From an uncultured Acidobacteriota bacterium (GTDB lineage Bacteria; Acidobacteriota; Thermoanaerobaculia; Gp7-AA8), in NCBI GenBank assembly GCA_963821585.1, contig CAWGEI010000005.1, forward strand, positions 646,603 through 710,602: 64,000 nucleotides of DNA, in the 5' to 3' direction. This document shows, one piece after another, positions 25,322-34,390 of this stretch (its first letter is position 1; each line of letters starts with the position of its first letter). Made by a program: the position numbers and the translations under genes. The notes below the pieces were generated by a model that was not told where the DNA came from, did no database searches, and was given only the letters and a program-made list of their open reading frames with translations.

Positions 25322-25413
25322 TTGCAGTTACAGTTGGCAGTTACAGCTAGAGCTATTCAGCAAGCCCTTGTCGGCTTCCTCGGTAGCTGTACAACTGCCA
25401 ACTGTCATACTGC
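25321..25413. repeat. heptamer-armed hairpin E2 (CAGTTRC/CAGTTGG family)
   Basis: GTTGCAGTTACAGTTGGCAGTTACAGCTA ... TAGCTGTACAACTGCCAACTGTCATACTGC. Lies between the phoB stop and the phoR start. Confidence 0.8.
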
Positions 25414-25434
25414 TCACAGCTGAACAGTCCTCCC

Positions 25435-26738
25435 ATGCACCCCCTGCGCGTCCTCCTCTACGCCTCGCTCGTGCTCGCCATCGCGGTCGCGTGGGGCTGT
25501 TGGCTGCGGCGTTGCTGAAGCCGGCATGCCGCACTCGGCCGCGACCTGCTGGCGGGGCGCGTTCGTCGTGTTCCTGCTGCCGTGGACGGGGGTGTTCCTC
25601 TGGGCGTCCGCCGTGCGTCCGATCTCGACGAGCTCACCGACGCGCGTGCGCGTGAGAGGCTGGGCGCCGATCGCCGACCGCACGTATCACGGCGAGCTGG
25701 ACGACCTCGCGCGCTCGATCGAGGAGTTGCGGGCCACGATCGCAGGCGGCGCCTGCGCCGCGCCACGAGAGCACCGCGCCGCGATGGACGAGATCGTCTG
25801 CGCCCTCGGCGAAGGGTTGCTCGCGGTGAGCCCGAGGGGCGGGTCGGCGTTCGCGAACCGCCGGTTGGCCGAGATGTTCGGCGGTGAGCCGGGAGATGGT
25901 CGGCCAGTCGGTCCTGGAGGTCGTGCGCAAGCAGTCCGTCGCGGCGGCGCATCGAACAAGGCGCTGCACGGGGAGACGTCGACGGAGCGCGTGACGTACG
26001 ACGACCGGAAGATCGAAGTCCGCGCGTTCCCGGCCGTCGCGTCGCCGGACATCGCGGCGGTCGCGCTCTTCATCGACGTCACGCGCATCGAGCGGCTGCA
26101 GCAGCGTGCGGAAGGAGTTCCTCGACGACTTCTCGCACGAGGTGCGCACGCCGCTGGCGGGACTCAAGTCGGCCGCCGAGACACTCGAGCACGGCGGCCT
26201 GACCCGCGAGCACGAGCAGCAACTGCGTCACGTCATGCAGCGGCAGATCGTGCGCATCGAGCGCCTGGTGAGCGACCTCTCGGAGCTGAACCAGATCGAG
26301 ATCCGGCGAGCTCGTCCTGCAGCGCCGCGAGGTGAACCTGCGCGACCTGATGCTCGAGCTGTGCGAGGACTTCAGGCAGCCAGGTCGAAGCGCGCCGGCG
26401 GCCGCGTCATCGACCTCGAGCCCGCGCGCAGCAGATCTTCACGAACCTCCTCGACAACGCCTGCAAGCACGGCGGCGCGGCGGGTGCGGTGTCGGTGGAG
26501 CTGGCCTCCGAAAACGGCGATGCGGTCGTGCGCGTGTCGGACGAGGGGCCGGGCATCCCGCCGCACGAACTGGAGCGGGTCTTCAACCGCTTCTATCGCG
26601 TCGACCGCAGCCGCTCGCAGCCCGGCACCGGCCTCGGCCTCGCGATCGCCAAGCACCTCGTCGTGGCCCACGGCGGCTCGATCCGGGCGTTCAACCGGTC
26701 AGGGAAGGGGCGCGACGTTCGAGGTCAGGCTTCCGTAG
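25435..26738 (+). pseudogene. phoR: phoR-type sensor histidine kinase, about 8-10 frame shifts
   Basis: The TM segments, HAMP-like GELDDLARSIEEL, a PAS-like part, the H-box FLDDFSHEVRTPLAGLKSAAETL (ORF 26106) and HATPase motifs NLLDNACKHG ... SDEGPGIP...RFYRVDRSRS..GTGLGLAIAKHLV (ORF 26489) lie in different frames. It ends GKGATFEVRLP-stop at 26738. Confidence 0.8.
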
Positions 26739-26762
26739 CGATGGCGTAGAATGCGCCGCTTC

Positions 26763-27388
26763 ATGGCGGCGCTTCAGTTCTCTGATTCCCCGCGAAGAAA
26801 AGTTCTACGACGACTTCAAGCTGTTCGCGGATCAGCTCAAAAAGGGCGCACGCCTGCTCGAGCAGATGCTGGCCGCGGATCCGCCGGAGTGGGACAAGGC
26901 CTATGAGATCAAGGAAGTCGAGCACCAGTGCGACTTCCTGACCCACGAGATCATCCAGCGCCTGAACAAGACCTTCGTCACGCCCATCGACCGCGAGGAC
27001 ATCCATTCGCTCGCCAAGACGCTGGACGACGTCATGGACGAGATGGACAACGCCGCCCACCTGATCCCCCTCTACAAGATCGAGAAGATCCGCGGCGGGG
27101 CGCGGGAGCTGGTCCGGGTGATCCTCGAGCAGAGCGACGAGATCCGCCGGGCGGTCGAGGCGCTGGAGATCCGCGAAAGGCGTGCTCGAGCGTACGATCG
27201 AGATCAACCGCCTCGAAAACGAGGCCGACCGCATCCATAAGGCCGCCATCGGGCTCCTCTTCGACGAGGAGCGGGACCCGATCTCGGTCATGAAGTGGAA
27301 AGAGATCCTGGACGTCCTCGAACGGGCCACCGACCGGTGCGAGGACGTGGCGAACCTGCTGGAGAACGTGGTGGTGAAGCACTCCTGA
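26763..27388 (+). pseudogene. DUF47 (PhoU-related, Pit-accessory-like) protein, at least two +1 frame shifts
   Basis: ATG 26763 is in one frame. SSLIPREEKFYDDFKLFADQLKKGARLLEQML...TPIDREDIHSLAKTLDDVMDEMD is in ORF 26332. GVLERTIEINRLENEADRIHKAAIGLLF...DRCEDVANLLENVVVKHS is in ORF 27182. Confidence 0.75.
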
Positions 27389-27392
27389 CCGG

Positions 27393-27489
27393 AGTTGGCA
27401 GTTGACAGTTGGCGGTTGACAGGAGAGCCCGCCACCCACGGGGAGAGGGCGGGGGCCTCCTGTGAACTGCCAACTGCCGACTGTCAACT
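27393..27489. repeat. heptamer-armed hairpin E3 (CAGTTGR family)
   Basis: AGTTGGCAGTTGACAGTTGGCGGTTGACAGG ... CCTGTGAACTGCCAACTGCCGACTGTCAACT with an inner GC-rich hairpin. Upstream of rpmE. Confidence 0.85.
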
Positions 27490-27547
27490 AACCCCCCAGA
27501 ATTTTTCCCTTATACTGCCCGTTCCTACGCCACCGAAGGATCTAGCA

Positions 27548-27748
27548 ATGAAACCAGAAATCCATCCGAAGTATCAGCAGGTCACCGTCCATTGTGCGTG
27601 CGGCGAGGGCTGGACCACCGGCTCCACCCGCAAGGAACTGCGCGTCGAGATCTGCTCCAAGTGCCACCCCTTCTTCACCGGCAAGCAGAAGCTCGTCGAC
27701 ACGGCCGGCCGCATCGACCGCTTCCAGAAGAAGTACGGGAAGAAATAA
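27548..27748 (+). CDS. rpmE: 50S ribosomal protein L31
   Basis: [64 protein letters not shown], a canonical zinc-ribbon L31. Confidence 0.9.
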   Translation: MKPEIHPKYQQVTVHCACGEGWTTGSTRKELRVEICSKCHPFFTGKQKLVDTAGRIDRFQKKYGKK

Positions 27749-28782
27749 TGGCCTCCCTCTGGCGTGGCTCGGCCCGGATCATCGCGGGCGCCTTCGGGGC
27801 GTTTACGAATGGACTGACGTCTGCCATGCCGAGCGATCGCAAGGTCGCAGGGAGCGCCAGGCCCGACAAGAACGTCGACATGCTCATCGGTGGCCAGGCG
27901 GTCATCGAGGGCGTGATGATGCGTTCGCTGACCGGCTACTCCGTGGCCGTCCGCCAGCCGGACGGGGGCGTGAGCATCCGCAAGGACAAGCTCACGTCCG
28001 TCACGCAGAAGTACCCGTTCCTCAAGATCCCCGTCCTCCGCGGCTCGGTCGTGCTGATCCAGTCGTTGATCCTGGGCATGCGCGCGCTGAACTACTCGGC
28101 GAGCGTGGCCTCGGCGGGTGAGGAAGGGGAAGAGGAGATGTCGAACTGGGCCATCGCCGGCTCGATGGGCCTCGCGCTCGTCCTCGGCGTCGGTCTGTTC
28201 ATCCTGGCCCCCCTCGGCCTGACGAACCTGATCCGGCACTACCTGCTGCCGGAGATGGGGAACTTCGCCTACAACGCCATCGACGGCGTGATCCGGGGGA
28301 TCTTCTTCTTCGTGTACGTCTGGTCCATCTCCATGATGGAAGACATCCGCCGCGTGTTCCAGTACCACGGTGCGGAGCACAAGACGGTCTACACGTTCGA
28401 GGCGAATGAGGACCTCACGGTCGACAACGCCCGCGGGAAGTCGACGCTGCACCCGCGCTGCGGGACGAGCTTCCTGATGTTCGTCATGGTCATCTCGATC
28501 GTCGTGTTCTCGCTGGTCCCGTCGACGGCGCCGTTCGCGGTGAAGTTCGGCGCGCGCGTGGTGCTCATCCCGCTCATCGCCGGCCTCGCGTACGAGATCA
28601 TCCGCTTCTCCGCGCGGCACCTGGCCAACCCGGTCTGCAAGGTGCTGGTCCGCCCCGGCATGTGGCTGCAGCGGATCACGACCAAAGAGCCGGACGACAA
28701 GCAGCTCGAGATCGCGATCATCGCGCTCAAAGAAGCGCTGCTCTACGACGCGGTCGAGCCCGAACAAGCCGCCGTCGCTTAG
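27748..28782 (+). CDS. DUF1385 domain-containing membrane protein
   Basis: ATG overlaps the rpmE stop (TAATG). [12 protein letters not shown] and [11 protein letters not shown] hallmark motifs. rpmE-DUF1385-prfA synteny is common. Confidence 0.8.
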   Translation: MASLWRGSARIIAGAFGAFTNGLTSAMPSDRKVAGSARPDKNVDMLIGGQAVIEGVMMRSLTGYSVAVRQPDGGVSIRKDKLTSVTQKYPFLKIPVLRGSVVLIQSLILGMRALNYSASVASAGEEGEEEMSNWAIAGSMGLALVLGVGLFILAPLGLTNLIRHYLLPEMGNFAYNAIDGVIRGIFFFVYVWSISMMEDIRRVFQYHGAEHKTVYTFEANEDLTVDNARGKSTLHPRCGTSFLMFVMVISIVVFSLVPSTAPFAVKFGARVVLIPLIAGLAYEIIRFSARHLANPVCKVLVRPGMWLQRITTKEPDDKQLEIAIIALKEALLYDAVEPEQAAVA

Positions 28783-28852
28783 CGACGCTTCTGTCATCCT
28801 GAGCCGCGTAGACGGCGAAGGATCCTCTCCATTCCTTGGGAGCGCTGCGCGT

Positions 28853-29923
28853 ATGTACGACAAACTCGACGAAATCGAACAACGCTACGAAGAGCTTCAG
28901 CGGAAGATCGAAGATCCCTCCGTCGTGACGGACGTGTCCGCGTACCGCAAGACCATGAAGTCGATCGCCGAGATCGAAGAGGTCGTGGCGAAGTACCGCC
29001 AGCTCCGCGACATCCGCAAGCGGATCGCCGAGGCGAAGGAGATGGCCCGCGCCGACGACGACATGCGCGAGCTCGCGGAGATGGAGCTGAGCGAGCTCGA
29101 GCCGCAGGAGCCGGGCCTCGAGTCGCAGCTGAAAGTCCTCCTCCAGCCCCGCGACCCGAACGACGAGAAGAACGTCTTCGTCGAGATCCGCGCCGGCACG
29201 GGCGGCGACGAGGCCTCCCTGTTCGCCGCCGAGATCATGCGCATGTACATCCGCTACGCGGAGATGAAGCGCTGGAAGGTGGAGATCACGGACGCCAACT
29301 ACTCGTCCGTCAACGGCATCAAGGACGCCACGCTGCAGATCGAGGGCGACAAGCCGTACTCGCGCCTGAAGTTCGAGCCCGGCGTCCACCGCGTGCAGCG
29401 CGTGCCCGCCACCGAAACGCAGGGGCGCATCCACACGTCCGCGATCACCGTGGCCGTGCTGCCCGAGGTCGAGGACATCGACATCCAGATCAACGAGAAG
29501 GACCTGCGCATCGATACGTTCTGCTCGTCCGGACCTGGTGGGCAGTCGGTCAACACCACCTACTCCGCCGTCCGCATGACCCACCTCCCCTCGGGCGTCG
29601 TGGTGTCGTGTCAGGACGAGAAGTCGCAGATCAAGAATCGCGCGAAGGCGCTCAAAGTGCTGAAGGCGCGCCTCTACGACATCGAGCGCCAGAAGCGCGA
29701 AGCCGAGCTGTCCGCGACCCGCAAAGGCATGATCGGCTCCGGCGACCGCAGCGAAAAGATCCGCACCTACAACTTCCCCCAGGACCGCGTCACCGACCAC
29801 CGCATCGGCCTCACCGTCCACAACCTCCCCGACGTCATGAACGGCTACATCGACGTGTTGATCGAGCCGTTGAACGCCCACTTCCAGGCGGAGAAGCTCC
29901 GCGAGGCGGTGGAGGCGCGGTAA
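28853..29923 (+). CDS. prfA: peptide chain release factor 1
   Basis: PAT-type recognition region ([14 protein letters not shown]) and [11 protein letters not shown] (GGQ motif). Confidence 0.95.
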   Translation: MYDKLDEIEQRYEELQRKIEDPSVVTDVSAYRKTMKSIAEIEEVVAKYRQLRDIRKRIAEAKEMARADDDMRELAEMELSELEPQEPGLESQLKVLLQPRDPNDEKNVFVEIRAGTGGDEASLFAAEIMRMYIRYAEMKRWKVEITDANYSSVNGIKDATLQIEGDKPYSRLKFEPGVHRVQRVPATETQGRIHTSAITVAVLPEVEDIDIQINEKDLRIDTFCSSGPGGQSVNTTYSAVRMTHLPSGVVVSCQDEKSQIKNRAKALKVLKARLYDIERQKREAELSATRKGMIGSGDRSEKIRTYNFPQDRVTDHRIGLTVHNLPDVMNGYIDVLIEPLNAHFQAEKLREAVEAR

Positions 29924-29952
29924 GGGTTAGGCTCCGAGGTACACTCGGTGCC

Positions 29953-30300
29953 GTGGCACGTACACTCGACGACGTTTTCCACGACGCGCTGCGGCTCTCG
30001 CTCGAAGATCGCGCGCAACTCATCCAGCTCCTCCACGGCAGCCTCATGACGGCGGAGGAACGCGAGATCGAGCAGGCGTGGATCGAAGAATCTGAGCGCC
30101 GCGTCCGTGAGGTCGAAGCGGGAACGGCGAAGACGATTCCTGGCGAGGAGGTTTTCCGCAAGCTGCGCGAGAAATATCGCGACAGGTCCGGGTGGCGAGA
30201 TGCGTGGGTGAGTGAAGTCGAGCGTAGAAAGCAGCGACTCGACAGCGGCGAGGCTCGGGAGCTCTCCATCGAAGAGTTCTTCGCGGATGAAGGCGATTAG
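29953..30300 (+). CDS. putative addiction-module antitoxin component (TIGR02574-like), orphan
   Basis: GTG 29953 gives LSLEDRAQLIQLLHGSLMTAEEREIEQAWIEESERRVREVEAGTAKTIPGEEVFRKLRE. A second partial copy of the AW..E.ERR....SG motif follows (DAWVSEVERRKQRLDSGEARELSIEEF). No toxin gene lies downstream; the start is uncertain. Confidence 0.5.
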   Translation: MARTLDDVFHDALRLSLEDRAQLIQLLHGSLMTAEEREIEQAWIEESERRVREVEAGTAKTIPGEEVFRKLREKYRDRSGWRDAWVSEVERRKQRLDSGEARELSIEEFFADEGD

Positions 30301-30310
30301 ACCAATCGCC

Positions 30311-30705
30311 CTGTAGCTTCAGTCGCAAAGGCGCTCACTTTAGGCGAGCGCGCCCCTCATCCGCCTTCGGCACCTTCTCCCCTCACTGAGGGGAGAAGGG
30401 CGAGGAAACGTGCATCTCGCAAGAAAGAAAATGGATAGCCTGTCTCTCGCGAGAAGGAACCTGGTCATCCCCTCTCCCCGTGCGTGAGCGCGGGGAGAGG
30501 GTGGCCGAAGGCCGGGTGAGGGGCGCGCTCGCCTAAAGTTAACGCCATTTCGGCTTCAGCCGGGAACGCGCGAGATCAGGGTTGCCGCTCACTACCGCGG
30601 GCATCCTCATATGTCCGCGTAGCGGACTACAGAAAATAGACCCCGGCTTCAGCCAGGGGAACGCGCGCGCGGCCGTGGGAACGAGCCCGCGTGAGCGGGC
30701 GACAG
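30311..30705. repeat. A-type element copy A3 (left arm truncated) carrying the B1 insertion
   Basis: The right part (…TGTCCGCGTAGCGGACTACAGAAAATAGACCCCGGCTTCAGCCAGGGG…GAGCCCGCGTGAGCGGGCGACAG) is collinear with A1. The left part is reduced to CTGTAGCTTCAGT. Confidence 0.75.
30324..30552. mobile_element. B-type palindromic MITE-like element, copy B1, flanked by 8-bp direct repeats
   Basis: Termini CGCAAAGGCGCTCACTTTAGGCGAGCGCGCCCCTCA... / ...TGAGGGGCGCGCTCGCCTAAAGTTAACGCCATTTCG. Flanks GCTTCAGT (30316-23) and GCTTCAGC (30553-60). Confidence 0.75.
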
Positions 30706-30731
30706 CCATTCCCCGCTAGAATCCCCAGCGC

Positions 30732-31373
30732 ATGAAAGACCGTATCGACGCCATCCTGCGCCGCAATCAGGCGGAGTATCTCGATTCACTGTTGCCCGCG
30801 CGCGACGCGCTGCTGGAGCACATGGAGAAGTTCGCGGAGGAGAACGACCATCCGATCGCGGATCCGGAGGTCGCGCAGCTCATGCGGGGGCTGGTGCGGA
30901 TGAAGAGGCCGCGGCGGGTGCTGGAGGTCGGGACGAACATCGGCTACTCCGTGATCGTCCTCGGACGCGAGTGCGGGCCGGAGGCCGTGGTCGAGACGAT
31001 CGAGATCGATCACAACACGCTGAGCACGGCGCGGCGTTTCGTGGCCGAGGCGGGGCTGCCTTGCCGGGTGGTGTTCCACGAGGGGGCGGCGCTGGATGTC
31101 CTGCCGCGCCTCACCGGTCCGTTCGACTTCGTCTTCATCGACTGCGTGAAGACCGAGTACGAGGACTACCTGGATGCGCTCCTGCCGAAGCTGGAGGCCG
31201 GCGCGGTGATCGTGTGCGATAACCTGCTGTGGAAGGGGCGTGTCGCGGCGGGTGAGCACGATGGACCCACGGATGCGCTGCGCGCGTTCAACAAGCGCAT
31301 CGCGACGGACGACCGGCTGATCACGTCCGTGCTGCCGGTAGGCGACGGGACGGGCGTGTCGGTGGTGCTCTGA
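30732..31373 (+). CDS. class I SAM-dependent O-methyltransferase (caffeoyl-CoA OMT-like)
   Basis: VLEVGTNIGYSVIVL (SAM motif I), FDFVFIDCVKTEYEDY and VIVCDNLLWKG are typical of Methyltransf_3. Confidence 0.75.
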   Translation: MKDRIDAILRRNQAEYLDSLLPARDALLEHMEKFAEENDHPIADPEVAQLMRGLVRMKRPRRVLEVGTNIGYSVIVLGRECGPEAVVETIEIDHNTLSTARRFVAEAGLPCRVVFHEGAALDVLPRLTGPFDFVFIDCVKTEYEDYLDALLPKLEAGAVIVCDNLLWKGRVAAGEHDGPTDALRAFNKRIATDDRLITSVLPVGDGTGVSVVL

Positions 31374-31378
31374 AACAA

Positions 31379-31402
31379 AGCGGCGGGCCGAAGCCCGCCG
31401 CT
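31379..31402. terminator. hairpin between convergent genes (better as a minus-strand intrinsic terminator)
   Basis: AGCGGCGGGC-CGAA-GCCCGCCGCT. On the minus strand it is followed by TTTGTTTCA. Confidence 0.55.
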
Positions 31403-31427
31403 GGCGTTGGAATCGTGGGGAAGCGAC

Positions 31428-32492
31428 TTACGACGCGGCCTTGATCGTGCCCTTGACCGGGATCACGACCGTCGGCTTCGCGGTGTCGTTGGTGTAGACC
31501 GTGACGTTGCCGTCGACGGCGCCCGGCTTGGCGTCCTTCGCCACCTGCAGCGTGACGGAGAACTCGCCCGGCTTGTCGGTCGGCGCGACGTTGGCGGTGA
31601 CGCCCGCAACGCCCGACTCGACCTTCGTGACCGAGAACGTGCCCGGGGTCTTCAGGTTGTTCGAGCGGATCGAGATCGTGCGCGTGGCGGCGGAGTCGCT
31701 CGGCGCGACTTCACCGAAGTTGACGCCGGTCGGCTCGACGCGGAACGCCGGGCGGACGACACCGGCGATGCTCACCCAGTACTCCGGTTGGTGCTTGGAG
31801 TTCGTGGTGATGCGGACCTTCTCGGCCAGCGGGCCGACCTTCGCATCCGGGCCGCCGACGGTGACGTCGAGCTTGTACTGGTTCGCGCCCTTGCGGCCGA
31901 TGGACGGGACGAGCGCGGCGCCTTCCAGCTTCGCGGTCTCGACCTTGATCCACTCCTGCGGGGAGTCGACCTTGAGGATCTCGAACGGCGCGTCCTCTTC
32001 GGTGTAGATCGTGACGCTCTGCTTCTCGACGTCGCCCTGCAGCATGTTGAAGCGGACGTAGCCGACCGGGTAGGCCTCGACGTACGGCTTCACGATCGCG
32101 GAGATCGTGACCTGCGCGTTCGGCGTGTTCGGGTCGTTGGTCTCGAGCGTGACGGCCTTCGAGATCGGGCCGGCGAAGGCCGTCGTGTCGACGTGCGCCG
32201 TGACCTTGCCGGTCTGGCCCGGCTTGATGACCTTGTCGAAGTCGGCGACGGTGCAGCCGCACGCCGGCTTGGCCGCGAGAATCTCGAGATCGGCGGAGCC
32301 GGTGTTCTTGATCTCGAACGACCAGTCGATCTTTTCACCCTTCGGAACGGTTCCGAAATCCTTGAGCGGCTCGACCAGTGTCAGGCGCGGGGCCTTGGTC
32401 GCGTCCGTTGCCTTCTTGTCCTGCGCGCTGGCAACCGATGCCGTGAGCGTCAGGGCGAGGGCGAGAGTCATCGAAAACAATCGCTTCGACAT
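31428..32492 (-). CDS. DUF1573 repeat protein (secreted)
   Basis: ATG 32492 follows GGAGGA. Signal peptide MSKRLFSMTLALALTLTASVASA. Repeated FGTVPKGEKIDWSFEIKNTGSADLEI..AKPACGCT-type DUF1573 modules. Confidence 0.75.
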   Translation of the reverse strand: MSKRLFSMTLALALTLTASVASAQDKKATDATKAPRLTLVEPLKDFGTVPKGEKIDWSFEIKNTGSADLEILAAKPACGCTVADFDKVIKPGQTGKVTAHVDTTAFAGPISKAVTLETNDPNTPNAQVTISAIVKPYVEAYPVGYVRFNMLQGDVEKQSVTIYTEEDAPFEILKVDSPQEWIKVETAKLEGAALVPSIGRKGANQYKLDVTVGGPDAKVGPLAEKVRITTNSKHQPEYWVSIAGVVRPAFRVEPTGVNFGEVAPSDSAATRTISIRSNNLKTPGTFSVTKVESGVAGVTANVAPTDKPGEFSVTLQVAKDAKPGAVDGNVTVYTNDTAKPTVVIPVKGTIKAAS

Positions 32493-32615
32493 GCGGGAAA
32501 TCCTCCTGAGATTGAACCTGAATCGTTGACTGTTGGTTTCGAACAGCCCCACCGGAGGGGCCATTCCTCGGCTTTTGGGGTCAAAGAGCACGAAATTTGC
32601 GACACTACGCCGCGA

Positions 32616-34055
32616 ATGCCTCACCTGAAAGAACTACCGGACGTACGAAGAGTCTATCTGATCGGAATCGGCGGCACCGCCATGGCCTCGCTCGCCGGGA
32701 TGCTCCAGAAGCGCGGTTACGAAGTCGCCGGTTCGGATGAGCACGTCTATCCGCCCATGTCGACATACCTCGAACGACTCGGGATCCCCGTGCTCGAGGG
32801 GTATACGAAACAGCACCTGGAGACGTTCCGCCCCGACCTCGTGGTGATCGGAAATGTTGCGGCTGTAACAAATGCCGAAGCGGCCGCGACCCTGGAGCTG
32901 GACCTGCCGTACACATCCATGCCCGAGGCCATCTACCACCTGTTCATCCGAGGGAAGCACTCCGTCGTGGTGACCGGGACTCATGGCAAAACCACGACGA
33001 CGTCGCTGATGGCCTGGTTGCTCGAGTCCGCGGGACGCGATCCCGGGATGGTCGTCGGCGGCATTCCCCTCAACTTCAATCAGAACTTCAAGCTCGGCGA
33101 GGGGCCGGAGTTCGTCATCGAAGGCGACGAGTACAACACGGCCTTCTTCGACAAGGGTCCGAAGTTCCTGCACTACCACGCCAACACGCTGCTGGTGAAC
33201 AACATCGAATTCGACCACGCCGACATCTACGCCGACCTGGAGGCCATTCTCAGCGCGTTCCGCAAGGCCGTGCAGCAGATGGCGCCGGACGACGTGATCG
33301 TCGCGAACGGCGACGACGCGAACGTGATGTCGCTGCGCGGCGAGGCACGCGCGCGTTGGGTGACGTTCGGGTGGGACCGCAAGTGCGACACCTTCGCGAC
33401 CGACGCGGTGGAGGGCCCCGAGGGGACGGAGTTCACGGCGTGGTGGGAAGGGAAGGAGTGGGCGCGTTTCCGCACGACGCTCTCCGGGAGCCACAACGTG
33501 CTGAACGCGCTCGCGGACGCGGTCATCGCGCGCCTGCGCGGCGTCTCCGCGGAGGAGATCCAGAAAGGGCTGGAGACGTTCCGTGGCATCAAGCGAAGGA
33601 TGGAAGTGCGCGGCGTGGAGCGCGGCGTGACGGTCATCGACGACTTCGCCCATCACCCTACGGCCATCGCCACGACCATGGCCGGCGCGCGCAAGCGTTA
33701 TCCCGGCCAGCGCATCTGGGCGCTGTTCGAGCCGCGCTCGATCTCGTCGTCACGGAAGGAGTTTGAGAGCGGCTACATCGACGCCTTTCACGGCGCGGAC
33801 CGCGTGATCATCGGCCCGGTGTTCCACCGCGACCGCTACGAGACCCGGTACGGGCTCGACAAGATGATGTCGGTGGAGACCATCAACGACCGGCTGAACA
33901 CGGACGGCATCCCCGCCGAACAGATCGACGACGTCGACGCCATCGCGGCGAGGGTCGCGAGAGATGCGGCGGATGGGGATGTCATCCTGGTGATGTCCTC
34001 CGGCGCGTTTGGCGGCGTCCACGAGAAGATCCTCGAACGGTTGCGCACGGAATAG
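32616..34055 (+). CDS. mpl: UDP-N-acetylmuramate:L-alanyl-gamma-D-glutamyl-meso-diaminopimelate ligase
   Basis: RRVYLIGIGGTAMASLAGMLQKRGYEVAGSDEHVYPPMSTYLERLGI and VVVTGTHGKTTTTSL. The first ~400 codons of track ORF 31407..34055 are antisense of the DUF1573 gene. Confidence 0.85.
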   Translation: MPHLKELPDVRRVYLIGIGGTAMASLAGMLQKRGYEVAGSDEHVYPPMSTYLERLGIPVLEGYTKQHLETFRPDLVVIGNVAAVTNAEAAATLELDLPYTSMPEAIYHLFIRGKHSVVVTGTHGKTTTTSLMAWLLESAGRDPGMVVGGIPLNFNQNFKLGEGPEFVIEGDEYNTAFFDKGPKFLHYHANTLLVNNIEFDHADIYADLEAILSAFRKAVQQMAPDDVIVANGDDANVMSLRGEARARWVTFGWDRKCDTFATDAVEGPEGTEFTAWWEGKEWARFRTTLSGSHNVLNALADAVIARLRGVSAEEIQKGLETFRGIKRRMEVRGVERGVTVIDDFAHHPTAIATTMAGARKRYPGQRIWALFEPRSISSSRKEFESGYIDAFHGADRVIIGPVFHRDRYETRYGLDKMMSVETINDRLNTDGIPAEQIDDVDAIAARVARDAADGDVILVMSSGAFGGVHEKILERLRTE

Positions 34056-34116
34056 CGTCCCGGCGCCTGCGGTTGATCGCGACTCAACCGAGTTTCCAAC
34101 TCAACAGGGGAGAACC

Positions 34117-34275
34117 ATGCCCGAGAACAAAGCCCACGAGCTTCTGCGGAAGCACAACCTGACCGTCGACGACGTGAAGGATCGCCGTGCCACGCTCCAT
34201 CACCTTCGCCACATCGTCCATGCCGAGCAGCTTCCGTTCGACGTGTTCAAGGCGCTGGTGAAGATGCGCCGGTAG
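34117..34275 (+). CDS. hypothetical small protein (52 aa)
   Basis: GGGGAG RBS 5 nt before the ATG. MPENKAHELLRKHNLTVDDVKDRRATLHHLRHIVHAEQLPFDVFKALVKMRR. No family recognised. Confidence 0.4.
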   Translation: MPENKAHELLRKHNLTVDDVKDRRATLHHLRHIVHAEQLPFDVFKALVKMRR

Positions 34276-34281
34276 TCCATC

Positions 34282-34370
34282 GACAGTTCACAGTTGGCAA
34301 TTGTCAGGAGAGCCGGGCTGAGCCCGGCTCTTTCATTTTCCTGCCAACTGCCAACTGCCGACTGTCAACG
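34282..34370. repeat. heptamer-armed hairpin E4 (CAGTTSR family) enclosing an intrinsic terminator
   Basis: CGACAGTTCACAGTTGGCAATTGTCAGG ... CCTGCCAACTGCCAACTGCCGACTGTCAAC. The inner AGAGCCGGGC-TGA-GCCCGGCTCT plus TTCATTTT (34308-34340) looks like a Rho-independent terminator. Confidence 0.85.
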
Positions 34371-34390
34371 GTTGTCATAGAATCCACCCG

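Noticed and set aside
29608-29952. The N-terminal part of ORF 29608..30300 (+).
   Set aside because: It overlaps prfA out of frame and is low complexity. Only the last ~115 codons show the antitoxin-component motif.
31407-32615. The N-terminal ~400 codons of track ORF 31407..34055 (+).
   Set aside because: This region is antisense to the well-supported DUF1573 gene and is low complexity (RDRDL...). The Mpl homology starts at ATG 32616.
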